DNA from: an uncultured Verrucomicrobiota bacterium
GTDB taxonomy: Bacteria > Verrucomicrobiota > Verrucomicrobiia > Limisphaerales > CAIYYI01
Reading direction: 5' to 3'
Assembly: GCA_903930345.1 (NCBI GenBank)
Contig: CAIYYI010000230.1
Coordinates: 9,689-73,688 of the forward strand
Length of the DNA: 64,000 nt
The translations under genes were made by a program, and so were the position numbers. Positions within the stretch are counted from its first letter, which is position 1. Each line of letters begins with the position of its first letter. This document shows positions 7,977 through 18,100 of the stretch, in pieces. The notes beneath the pieces are model-generated. The model worked only from the letters and a program-made list of their open reading frames with translations. It ran no database searches and was not told the origin of the DNA.

Positions 7977-8800
7977 CCCCATTTACCCGGGAGGTTATCC
8001 TCCACTGGAGCGCCGTGGCTTTGTACATCGCCGGCACCATTGGTTTTGCCTACGCTCTGATCTTTGCCCGGCCCGAAAAGGTGAGGGGGGCTCTGTGCGT
8101 GACGGCGGCCGGCCTGGTGCCGCACACGCTGGCGCTCGTCCTCCGCTATGTTCGGGTTGGCCATGGCCCTTACATGCTCAAGTACGAGGTGCTTTCTTCC
8201 AATGCCTGGATCGCCATCGCCATGCTGCTGCTGTTTGTCTGGCGGCGGCCCGCCTGGGCATCGGTGGCGCTCATCGCGTTGCCGGCCTCCATCCTGATGA
8301 TGGGGTTGGGATTGTTCACCAACCCTGAGGCCCGCAGTCTCCCCCCCTCGTTGCGCTCGCTCTGGCTGGTGTTCCATGTGCTCTTCAACAAGCTTGCAGT
8401 GGGCGCATTCGTGCTCGCGCTCGCCTCGGCGGTGGTGCTGCTCCGGAAGCTCCGGGGTGCCACCGGTCGGTGGTTGGATCGTTTGCCCGGGTCCGAGGTG
8501 GTCGAGGTCTATATGGTCCGTTTCATTGGTTTCGGCTTTGTTTTTTGGACCACTACCATCGGGGCCGGGGCCATCTGGGCCAACCAATCGTGGGGCCGTT
8601 ATTGGGGCTGGGATCCCATTGAAACCTGGTCCCTCGTCACCTGGCTGGCCTACGCCATTTTGCTGCACGCCCGCCTGTTTTTCCGGCTGGGTGGCCGTGC
8701 GACGGCCTGGGGCACCGTGGCCTGCTTTGTTCTGTCCATCCTGACGGTGCTGATTTTCCCCTTTGTATTTCCGTCCATGCATTCCGCCTATTTCCAATGA
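7973..8800 (+). CDS. ccsA: Cytochrome c biogenesis protein CcsA/ResC (system II heme lyase)
   Basis: WWD motif WANQSWGRYWGWDPIETW, conserved His in WLVFHV, LLHAR and SMHS, multiple TM helices, and an ATGA overlap with resB. Confidence 0.93.
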   Translation: MTPFTREVILHWSAVALYIAGTIGFAYALIFARPEKVRGALCVTAAGLVPHTLALVLRYVRVGHGPYMLKYEVLSSNAWIAIAMLLLFVWRRPAWASVALIALPASILMMGLGLFTNPEARSLPPSLRSLWLVFHVLFNKLAVGAFVLALASAVVLLRKLRGATGRWLDRLPGSEVVEVYMVRFIGFGFVFWTTTIGAGAIWANQSWGRYWGWDPIETWSLVTWLAYAILLHARLFFRLGGRATAWGTVACFVLSILTVLIFPFVFPSMHSAYFQ

Positions 8801-10242
8801 TGAAACCGCGCCCCGAAATATTGCTGGTGACCCCCCCGTACCATTCGGGCGTGGTGGAGTCGGCCGGCTCCTGGCTGCCGCTGGGGCTGCTTTACGTGGG
8901 CGGGGCTCTGCAAAAAGCGGGCTTTGGGGTGGCGCTCTACGACGCCATGACCCGGTTCGACACGCTGGATCAGGTCCGGGCCACCTTGCGCCGGGAACGG
9001 CCGGATGCGGTCTTCGTTTCCTGCATAACGGCCACGGTTCTCGATGGCATTGAGGTTTGCCGGGTGGCGAAGGAGGAGGCCCCCGGCACCCTTACGGTCC
9101 TGGGCAACACCCATCCGAGTTTCATGTACGAGGAGATTTTGCGGGAGTATCCCGAGGTGGATGTCATTGTGCGCGCTGAGGGCGAAGAGACGTCGGTGGA
9201 GCTTATGCAGGCCTGGCAGGCGGGGGCTGATCTTTCTCGGGTCAGTGGCATCGCCTTTCGCCGGGATGGCCGGGCTTTTGCCACGCCTCCCCGCTGTTTC
9301 ATTGCCAACCTCGACCCGCTGGAGCCAGCTTGGGATCTGGTGCCATGGAAGGAGTACAGTTACCGGCCCAAACCCGGATCGACTTTGGCCGTGGTCTCCT
9401 CCTCCCGGGGCTGTAAGCAACATTGCTCTTTTTGCTCCCAACGCCTGTTCTGGAAGGAGTCATGGCGCGCGGTTTCCGCCGCTCGTTTTGTGGATCAGCT
9501 CGAGATGCTGCGGTCGCGTTACGGCGTCGATGTGGCCATGATTGCCGATGAGATTCCGTCCGTCGATCCCGTGCGCTGGAGCCGGATCCTGGATTTGTTG
9601 ATTGAGCGCGATATGGGCACTTCCCTGATGCTCGAGACGCGGGTCGAGGACATCATCCGTGATGCCGCTTTGCTTCCCCGGTATCGCCAGGCGGGCATTG
9701 AGCACATTTACGTGGGCGTCGAATCGGTCAACCAGGCCACGCTCGATTTGTTCAAGAAGGACGCCAAGGTTGAACAGGGCAAGCGCGCCATTGAGCTGAT
9801 CAATGAGCACCAGATGATTTCCGAGACCTCCTTCGTCATGGGCATGCCCGATGAGACCATCGAAAACATGCAGCACACCATTGAGCTGGCCAAGTTTTTC
9901 GATCCCGACATGGCCTTTTTCCTCGCCATCACTCCCTGGCCTTACGCGGATCTGTACCAGGATGTGAAGGATCACATCGCCACGCGGGATTATCGCAAAT
10001 ACAATCTGGTTGAGCCGGTCATCAAACCGGTCTCCATGTCGCTTGATGATGTGCGGGAGCAGCTTTTCCGGGGGTTTCGCGAGTTCTACCACAACAAGAT
10101 GAAAGGCATGGCCGCCATGCCGCCCTGGAAACAGCAGTTCATGAAAACCCTGATGAAGCTGCTGATGGAACATTCCTATCTGAAGGATCAGATGGCGGGC
10201 CTGGGTCATCCACTGCCGGAGCACCCTGGCCCTGGAGCTTGA
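8797..10242 (+). CDS. Cobalamin-binding radical SAM enzyme (class B methyltransferase/BchE-like fold)
   Basis: N-terminal B12-binding domain (PLGLLYVGGAL..GNTHPS..DVIVRAEGEET), SRGCKQHCSFC (CxxxCxxC), GVES and GMPDET. ATGA overlap with ccsA. Confidence 0.9.
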   Translation: MMKPRPEILLVTPPYHSGVVESAGSWLPLGLLYVGGALQKAGFGVALYDAMTRFDTLDQVRATLRRERPDAVFVSCITATVLDGIEVCRVAKEEAPGTLTVLGNTHPSFMYEEILREYPEVDVIVRAEGEETSVELMQAWQAGADLSRVSGIAFRRDGRAFATPPRCFIANLDPLEPAWDLVPWKEYSYRPKPGSTLAVVSSSRGCKQHCSFCSQRLFWKESWRAVSAARFVDQLEMLRSRYGVDVAMIADEIPSVDPVRWSRILDLLIERDMGTSLMLETRVEDIIRDAALLPRYRQAGIEHIYVGVESVNQATLDLFKKDAKVEQGKRAIELINEHQMISETSFVMGMPDETIENMQHTIELAKFFDPDMAFFLAITPWPYADLYQDVKDHIATRDYRKYNLVEPVIKPVSMSLDDVREQLFRGFREFYHNKMKGMAAMPPWKQQFMKTLMKLLMEHSYLKDQMAGLGHPLPEHPGPGA

Positions 10243-10248
10243 GGCGCA

Positions 10249-12015
10249 ATGAACAATCGCCATCAATGTGTTATGCATGACCATACTAAAACGGCCAGGC
10301 CGTTCGGGATGACTCCGCCAGCCGGGGCACGGCTTCTCTTTGCAAACCGGGTTTCGGCTTTCAGCCGGCTGCTCCGCGCCGGGTGCTGCCTGGTGGTTTG
10401 GCTCTTCTCGGCAGCCTCAATGCGCGCTGAGACCCCCTTGGTGGCTTCCTTGGGCGCGTATCGCGGGAGCCTCCAGGCCCCTGCCTGCGTCGCTGCGGAT
10501 GCGGCTGGGTACCTTTATGTCACGGACCCTCAGGCCGGCCAGGTGGTGGTATTCGATGGTTTTGGGCGGGTGGCGCAGGTCGTTCCCGGCTTCTCCGGTC
10601 CGCTGGGAATCGCTTTGGATGCCAATGGGCAGATTTATTTGTCGGAAGCGGCAAGCGGCAGTGTGACCGTCTTTGATGCCCAGTGGCATCCCCTGTACAA
10701 GCTCGGTGGCGGCGACCATGAGTTCCTCTTGCCAAACTACCTGGCCTTGGATCCCGCCCCGGGCAGTGCGGCGGTTTATGTTTCGGACAGCAAGGCCAAC
10801 CTGATCAAGGTTTATCGTGCCGGAGCGTTTGATTTCAGTTTTGGCGGCAAGGGCACCAATGATGGGCAGTTCAATTTCCCCACCGGTTTGCACCTCGCCG
10901 CCAATGGTGAGGTTTTTGTGGTGGACCAGAACAATGAACGCGTTCAGGTCTTTGGCCGGAGCGGTGATTTTCGGCGCTCATTCTCCTTGGTGACCCCGCT
11001 TGGTGGAATGGGGTTGGGTTCGGCTGGGGGGCGTTCTCAGGGCATCACCGGTGACCCATTGGGGCGTCTTCTGGTGGCAGATTCCTTTCAAGGTTTTGTG
11101 CGGGTGTTTGATGCGCAGGGCAATTATCAGGGACGCTTTGGTGGACTGGGGGAATTGCCCGGCCAGTTTGGCACCCCGTTGGGGTTGGTCATGGATGGGT
11201 GTGGCCGGCTTTTTACCGCTTCCGCAAACAATGGGCGCGTGGAGGTTCTTGGTCTGGACGGCTTCGCGCAGTTCAGCGCTGTCCCTGCCCAGCAGGTGGT
11301 TTGTGCCGGCACCAACGTTGCGTTTTCGGTGACCGTCACCAACCCCGGTGTCTGCACTTTCCAATGGCGCAAGGGCGCCAGTCCATTGGGGGATGGGGGT
11401 GTTGTTTCCGGAGCCACTGGCCTGGTGCTCAATCTTGTCGGCGTTTCTCCGGCGGATAGTGGGCAGTACTCCGTGCAGGTAACCGGGCCGGGGGTGGATC
11501 TGACCAGCCCGGCGGCAAATCTCACCGTGCTTCTCCCGCCCACCATTCTCAGCTTTTCGTCCAGCCAGACGGTGATCTTTGGCACCAACGTCACTTTCGC
11601 TGTGGGTGTCCTGGGGGAGGCCCTGTCCTACCAGTGGTTCTTCAGGGGGTATCCGATGGATGGGGCCACGGGTTCATCCCTCACGCTGCTCAACGTCCAG
11701 CCCGACCATGCTGGGGCCTATTCTGTGGAGGTGAGGAATTCGGTGGGGGCGGCGGTGAGTCCGGTGGCGCAGCTTGCTGTCCTGGTTCCGCCCGGCCCGC
11801 CGAAAATCGAATCCAGCATCCTCCTCCCGGGTGTGGGTGTGCAGCTCACCATCAATGGTGATATGGGCTACTCCTTCTGGATTGATGGAGCGAACAATCT
11901 TGCGGATTGGGTGGCCTTGACGAACATCGTCAATGAAACCGGGTCCCTGGATGTCGTGCTGCCGTTGTCCACGAATTTTCCGAACCAGTTTTACCGTATG
12001 CGCTGGATGCCGTGA
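10249..12015 (+). CDS. Exported NHL-repeat protein with two Ig-like domains and a C-terminal FYR module
   Basis: NHL repeats (GQFNFPTGL..EVFVVDQNNERVQVF), two Ig domains (FQWRKG..DSGQYSV; YQWFFRG..HAGAYSV) and a C-terminus NQFYRMRWMP. The start codon is uncertain. Confidence 0.85.
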   Translation: MNNRHQCVMHDHTKTARPFGMTPPAGARLLFANRVSAFSRLLRAGCCLVVWLFSAASMRAETPLVASLGAYRGSLQAPACVAADAAGYLYVTDPQAGQVVVFDGFGRVAQVVPGFSGPLGIALDANGQIYLSEAASGSVTVFDAQWHPLYKLGGGDHEFLLPNYLALDPAPGSAAVYVSDSKANLIKVYRAGAFDFSFGGKGTNDGQFNFPTGLHLAANGEVFVVDQNNERVQVFGRSGDFRRSFSLVTPLGGMGLGSAGGRSQGITGDPLGRLLVADSFQGFVRVFDAQGNYQGRFGGLGELPGQFGTPLGLVMDGCGRLFTASANNGRVEVLGLDGFAQFSAVPAQQVVCAGTNVAFSVTVTNPGVCTFQWRKGASPLGDGGVVSGATGLVLNLVGVSPADSGQYSVQVTGPGVDLTSPAANLTVLLPPTILSFSSSQTVIFGTNVTFAVGVLGEALSYQWFFRGYPMDGATGSSLTLLNVQPDHAGAYSVEVRNSVGAAVSPVAQLAVLVPPGPPKIESSILLPGVGVQLTINGDMGYSFWIDGANNLADWVALTNIVNETGSLDVVLPLSTNFPNQFYRMRWMP

Positions 12016-12075
12016 GCAGTGATGATGCAATGTTTTAATATTGACACTCGGTTAACTAATAATAACGCTAAAGCT

Positions 12076-13395
12076 ATGAACCTTGGCAAATCCTCTGTCT
12101 TTGTCACCAAAGACCTTCTGACCAATAAGTTCCCCCTCGCTTCTATTACAATGGTTTTCGCTGCCCTGCTGGGGGTCAGTCTTCCCGCGCTGGGTCAGTC
12201 TGATCAGACCTATGGTTTTGTTGGTTTCGCTGGCTTCGCTGGCTCACCTGGCAGTCTTGATGGCGAGGGCAGTGCCGCACGATTCAACTTTCCCGCCGGG
12301 GTGGCCTTGGATATTTCCAGCAACTTGGTGGTGGCGGATTTTGGCAATCACACCGTTCGGATGGTCTCCTCCGCTGGTGCGGTGACGACTCTGGTGGGCA
12401 CCGCAGGGATTTCCGGCACCAACAATGGGACGGGCGGTGCCGCCCGGTTCAATCATCCCTTCGGCGTGGCTTTGGACCGCAGTGGGAATATTTTTGTGGC
12501 CGATTCGGACAATCATACAATTCGGAAAGTGACTCCCGCCGGGGTGGTCACAACGCTGGCGGGAAGTGCCGGTACTTCCGGCACCAACGATGGGGTCGGC
12601 CTTGCCGCCTTGTTCAGCCATCCTTTCGGTTTGGCGGTGGATGGGGCGAATAATATCTTTGTGGCCGATTCCGACAATCACACTATCCGGAAGATAACCC
12701 CGGCGGGCGTGGTCACGACTTTTGCGGGCAGCCCGGGGATGCCAGGAGCCATTGATGCTGCAGGAGGCGATGCGAGGTTCAATCACCCCTCTGGCGTGGC
12801 TGTGGACAGTCAGGGTAACGTGATGGTGGCGGATAAAGGCAATTTTACGATTCGGCGGGTGACCACGAATGGGGTGGTGACCACTCTGGCCGGATTGGCG
12901 GGTTATTATGGTCGGATGGATGGAACGCGCAGTGTGGCGCGTTTTTATGATCCGTCGGGGGTGTCTGTGGATGCCGCAGGCAACGTGTTTGTGTCGGAAT
13001 TCGGTAACACGATCCGGAAGGTGACCCCGGCCGGGACGGTGTCGAGTTTGACAGACGGCGCCGGCCCGCTTGATGCACCCCAGGCTGTGGCTGTGGATGC
13101 TGCCGGCGTTCTTTTTATCGCCGATTCCTTGAACAATCGCATTGTCAAAGGTCGGCTCGGTGGGTTCGGTGGGATCTCGCCATCGTTGAGGGTGGCTCTC
13201 TCCGGCGGTCGCGCCAACGTGTCTCTATCCTGGCCCCCAAGTCACCTCGGCTGGGAACTGCAAATGACGACCAACTTGTCCGGCGGGGGGCTCACCACCG
13301 CTTGGACTCGCGTGGTCGGCTCCACTGGCGGCACCAACTTTTCCCTGCCCAATAACCCAGCCAATCCCGGCTTTTATCGGCTAAAAAGTCCGTAG
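12076..13395 (+). CDS. Exported long-repeat NHL (teneurin-like) protein with a C-terminal FYR module
   Basis: About five ~55-aa repeats (G.G.AARFNHP.G(V/L)A.D..GNIFVADSDNHTIRKVTPAGVVTT.AG) and a C-terminus GWELQMTTNL..W..GFYRLKSP. ATG 12076 was chosen because it lies downstream of a TTGACA at 12041. Confidence 0.85.
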   Translation: MNLGKSSVFVTKDLLTNKFPLASITMVFAALLGVSLPALGQSDQTYGFVGFAGFAGSPGSLDGEGSAARFNFPAGVALDISSNLVVADFGNHTVRMVSSAGAVTTLVGTAGISGTNNGTGGAARFNHPFGVALDRSGNIFVADSDNHTIRKVTPAGVVTTLAGSAGTSGTNDGVGLAALFSHPFGLAVDGANNIFVADSDNHTIRKITPAGVVTTFAGSPGMPGAIDAAGGDARFNHPSGVAVDSQGNVMVADKGNFTIRRVTTNGVVTTLAGLAGYYGRMDGTRSVARFYDPSGVSVDAAGNVFVSEFGNTIRKVTPAGTVSSLTDGAGPLDAPQAVAVDAAGVLFIADSLNNRIVKGRLGGFGGISPSLRVALSGGRANVSLSWPPSHLGWELQMTTNLSGGGLTTAWTRVVGSTGGTNFSLPNNPANPGFYRLKSP

Positions 13396-13624
13396 TGCTG
13401 CCAGATGTTCTTACTTCGTTCTCTTTTTTGCTTCTGTTGAATCTGGCTGTTTCTTCCAGGTTTGGGAGGCGGTAAGAAATTAAGGTCGCAAGATGGCGCC
13501 GGGATTTTACCGTTGGGCGAGGCGCGACCAAGGAGCATATCCGCAGCGATCTGTGACTGAGGAGCAACGACGCCCAACGCCACAAGAACCAGTCAGGTTG
13601 TCGCCATAATTTCTTACCGCCTCC

Positions 13625-14851
13625 TTAACGGGCCGGACGGGCGGGTGGCGTTGCCGCATCGGTTTGGGCTGCGGCAAGTTCCTTGTTGATGGCGGCGGAG
13701 CGCTGTTTCAGATGTTCGCGGAGCAGTTTTTCACGCGCATCGAATTTGGCGCGTTCAAGGTCAGAGGCTTCGCTCAGGGCCGGGCGGAGCATTTGGGCGA
13801 GTTGATCCACCTGGCGGTTTAGCTTTTCCAGGTTGAAAACCTGGGTGGCCAGCCAGGTGCAACGGTTGGTATAGGCCTCCCGGCCTTGGGGGGTCTCATA
13901 GAGGGCTTTCGACACCAGCGCGCTGAAGCCAGGGTGAAGGATGGAAGGGCGGCATTGTTCAAACATGCGGTCCAGGTCGTTGGGCATGAAGACGAGGGTG
14001 TGCGTTTCGGGATCATGGTAGAGCCGGAAGTTGTGGCCGTACACCGAATAGCCATCGCAATGGCAGGTGATGATTTCCATGGCCATGAAGGAGAGGAAGC
14101 GGCGGATGTCGAGCGTGGTTTGGAGCCGTTCCCAGCGGCGGTCGAGGTCGCGCTCCTGGCAGGCCGCCACCAGGGCGGAGAGGTCGGACAGGGGCTGCGG
14201 CTGCCTCCCCTCATCCAACCGGAAACGCCTCTGAAGATCATTGCCGGAGCCGAGATCGTAGGAGCCTTGGTTGATGTCGTAGAGGTTGCCGTCGGTTTCC
14301 TTGAAGTAAAGGCGGAGAAAATCCTTGCTGAATCCCTCCTTCAGGACGTAGAGGCCGAGTTTGCGGCCGTTGATCTGGACCAGGGCGTGGCCCGTGCGCG
14401 GGGCGGGCACGCCGGCTTCGCGGAAGAGCTGGCCGGCGAGGGCTTCATTCATGTAGGAGGGGTCTTGAACGGAGTTGTTGAGCAGGATCTTCCGCAGACC
14501 GTGGAAATTCTGATCGGGAACGAAATACTGGAAGTTGAGGGTCAATCCCGGTTTGTCATCAAAGTTCCGAAAACTGCCGCTCGCCCCTTTCAGGTGAACG
14601 GCGACATTCTGATAAATCCGGCCGCCCTCTTTGACGGTCGCACGCACCTTGCGGCGGGGATCCTTGCGGAGGCTTGCCGTGTTGGCGGGATCGAGTTCAA
14701 TGGCGATCTCCACTGGTGCGCGGTGGGTGAACAGGTCCGCGCCTGGCTCGGTCCGTCCCGCCGGTTCAGCGGCGGAAACCGCCGGGCGGAGGGCCGGAGA
14801 TCCGATCCCCAGAAGGGCGATCAGGAGCAGGATGCTGGCGAGTGATGGCAT
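13625..14851 (-). CDS. CotH kinase family protein, exported
   Basis: LKGASGSFR..DKPGLTL..FHGLRKILLNNSVQDPSYMNE..GVPAPR..CHCDGY..HNFRLY..PNDLD. Signal peptide starting at MPSLASILL (14851). Confidence 0.88.
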   Translation of the reverse strand: MPSLASILLLIALLGIGSPALRPAVSAAEPAGRTEPGADLFTHRAPVEIAIELDPANTASLRKDPRRKVRATVKEGGRIYQNVAVHLKGASGSFRNFDDKPGLTLNFQYFVPDQNFHGLRKILLNNSVQDPSYMNEALAGQLFREAGVPAPRTGHALVQINGRKLGLYVLKEGFSKDFLRLYFKETDGNLYDINQGSYDLGSGNDLQRRFRLDEGRQPQPLSDLSALVAACQERDLDRRWERLQTTLDIRRFLSFMAMEIITCHCDGYSVYGHNFRLYHDPETHTLVFMPNDLDRMFEQCRPSILHPGFSALVSKALYETPQGREAYTNRCTWLATQVFNLEKLNRQVDQLAQMLRPALSEASDLERAKFDAREKLLREHLKQRSAAINKELAAAQTDAATPPARPAR

Positions 14852-15196
14852 GATGCTGGAAACAGGTTGAACCATTCCTGGTGCCAACCGCCAGCAAAAA
14901 AGCCCCTCTGGATTGATCCAGCGCCATGGTTTTCTCCCAGTGCCCATTGCGGAAACTTGCGAGATGGGTTGCTGCCAATTCGGGTGGTGGGCGCGGTGCG
15001 AGCGAGGCGGCATCCCCGCCGCAGGCTGTGACGAGCGAGCAGCAAGGCCGGCCACCCTAAGGGCCAAGCGCCCGCTCGCACTTTTCAGCCTTACCCCGGT
15101 TTTTATTGCGCCACCCAACCTTGGCTGGTACGTTCCAGCAGCCTTGGATCTAGTATTCCTACTATTTCCATCATAGCTGTGGTATAAAATATATTT

Positions 15197-18100
15197 ATGT
15201 ACAAACGCGACGCGGGCGGTTTTCTTCGGGTGGTTGTCGAGCTGTTTTATCCAAGCGCCGGGTCGCGCATAGATTCCAGCGCGGGGTGGGGATTATGGCT
15301 GGGGTTCCTGATCTTCACCGCGTTCCTCCCCCCGGTCCTTGCACAAACCGGGCCGATGAGTGTGCGTCCGGGATCGGTTCCCGGGCAGGCGGAAGTTTCC
15401 GTTGGGAGTCAAACGGACAAGTTTTATCAATTGGAAGTCTCCCGCGACCTGAAGGACTGGTGGGCTGCGCTCGGAACGAACGGGACCGGGAGCAACCTGA
15501 CTTACACGGTGGATACCACCGGTCAGGACCGGCTCTTCTTCCGGTTTGTGATTGAGCAGAACGGACTGCTGCGCGGGCTCACCAACCTGGTGTTGGCACC
15601 CGAGGCCGGTTTTAGTGAGGTGGGTGAGCGGGCGGCTCTGATACTGGCCTCCAATGGGGTTGCCAGCACGGATGATTTGTTCAACCGCTTCCGTTCTGTC
15701 TCCCGTTTGAACCAGGAGGTGGCCCGCCTCCAACAGTCCGGGGTCCGCATTGATGCGGGCAATGTCATCGGCCTGCTCAAAGAGGCGGAGTTGCGCACCA
15801 ATCTAAAGTCGCTGGAGGAAAAAGGTTTCCGCAAGTCTCTGACCGACGTGCTGGTATCAAGCCGTTTTAACATGACAGAGCTGCACCGGTTCATGCGCCG
15901 GGTGCCGGCGGATGCCGGGGCTTTGCTGGCGCAGGAGGCCTATCTGGAGTTCAAAAACACCTTGCAGGAGGTGGGGAGTTGCCCGTTGAGCCAGGAGGAA
16001 TTCCATCAGTTGCGGGCGCACGTCGCCTCGCTCAACCCGGTGCCCGATCTCCAAGTTACGCAGAGCCACCAGGACGCCCGGTATGGCACGCTGCCCGGGG
16101 CAGCCAAGCGCCTGGCAACCGCGCAAGCCAAGGATGGCACCCTGACCAACCTCGTCGGCGAGGCGGTTTCCTCCTTGGAGGAACAACTCTCCAAGCTACC
16201 TCCGCCCAGTTACGATTACATCCCGGCCTACGTGCAGCAGCACAACCAGGCCCGGTTCCTGCTCGAACCGTACCCCCTCGCCATCCTGGGCTACCGATTG
16301 GTTCGCAGTGGGGCCGCCTCTTTGCCGGTGCCGATTGACGCGCTGCCTCCCTTCACGGTCGAGTCTGAAAACCCCGGCTACCGAAAATTCCTCATCAATG
16401 AGTCGGGGTTGGCCTGGTTCAAAGCCTACGGCCACGCCCAGGGGGCGCACCTTCTCATCCGGAATTCCACCGGACAGACCATTCTGGATGAGCAAATCCC
16501 GGCCAACAGTTCCCGGGGCTTCATCCTTCCCATTTTCCAGGAGGATGTCGGTGCCGGATTTGAGGTGTTGAAGGTCGATGGCCTCACCCTTTCAGCCATG
16601 TCCTTGCAAAAACCCCTGGTCGCGGAGAACGTGGCGGGCGAATTCAGGCTGCAGGATCAGTCCCTGACACCGGTGGTGCCATCCCTGCCGGGGGGGGCGG
16701 CCTGGCTGCGGTTCTCCCTGCTGGACTCCCCCGGGGCAGGCGCGCCCCCGCTCGTCGCCTCACTTCAGGTCCGTAATTCATTCCTGCCGGACGGAACTTA
16801 TCAGACGGTGCTGATTAATCCCTCCCGCGTCCCCGCCACCAATTGCCTCACCCTAAACCACCCCTTGGAATTGCCGTTCCAAGGCCAGAATGGCCTTTGG
16901 AATTTGTTCATCCTGCCTCCCGGGATCGACGGTGCCCCGCTGATCCGGTTAAATCCCGTGACGGGCCAGGTCGATGCTCTCTCCCTCTTTGCCCTCAACG
17001 CGGACACCAGCTCCGGGGAGTCCGCCTTTGACTTTGTGCTGCAACACGCGCCGGTTCAAACCCGGGCCTTTCTCGTCGGCAAAATGAACCAGGTCGCCTA
17101 CAGCCGGGATGGGGAATCCGCCGGATCATTCGGGGAGGTGAAACTCTCCTTCCATGCCAACATTGCCCCCTACTTTGATCAGGCGGCGAGTTTCGGATCC
17201 GTCTTCGGGGAAAGCCGCGCTTTCCAAGCCTGGCGGCTTTGGCTGGATAACGGCCAGAATGCCGCTGCTTTGGCCCTGAACGAACAATTTGTCGCGGGCC
17301 TGGCCGAACTTCGGTTGAACGAGGCTTTCCGGTCCGAATACCTCAGCTCATTTTATGAGTTCTTCCCCTACCAGAATTCCCCTTACAGCTTCTACGATGA
17401 CAATGATCTGCTCACGGTTTACAGCGCCCACGTCAGGAATGAACTGGGCCGGAGCTGGTATCGGAACATCGGTGATGCGGCAGCCCTCTATCAGTCCTGG
17501 GCGGACCGTGTGGTTCAGATCAATGCCTTCAAATACCCGTTCGGACAACAGTACAAGATCGTGGACAATCTGGTCACCGGGTCCCCTCTCAACGGCACGC
17601 TCTCCTACCTGAGCCTGCACCCGGTGATCCCCGTGGACGTGCCGCTCTTTGCGGTGCCCAAGGACCGGATGGCCCGGGAACCTTTGCCCATCTCTTTTGA
17701 CTATGCCACCTGGGAAATGGACGAGCTGGACAAGAGTGATCTTTTCGGCTCTGCCCTCAAGGGCGTAGTCAATGTGGGCCTCGGCATTCTCGGCCAGAAC
17801 TGGGCCCGGGCGGTCTGTTCTGGCGTGGACATGATTGACGAACTGCACCGGACGGTGAAAGCGGCCAAGGATGATCCGATTGGCTCCGCCAATTTCCGGC
17901 TCAGCCGCGCCTCCAGCCGGCACGGGTTTTATGGTTTGGAGGATGATGAGCTGATGTCCTTTCATTTCTCTGGAAAACCGAAGAAGAACAACCTTAATGC
18001 CTTTGAAACCGGCCTCAACTACGCCAAGCTGGCTTGCGATACCATGACCGCCGTCTCCTCCGTCGGGGGAAACCTTAGTGATCTCAAAAAGAACCTCTCG

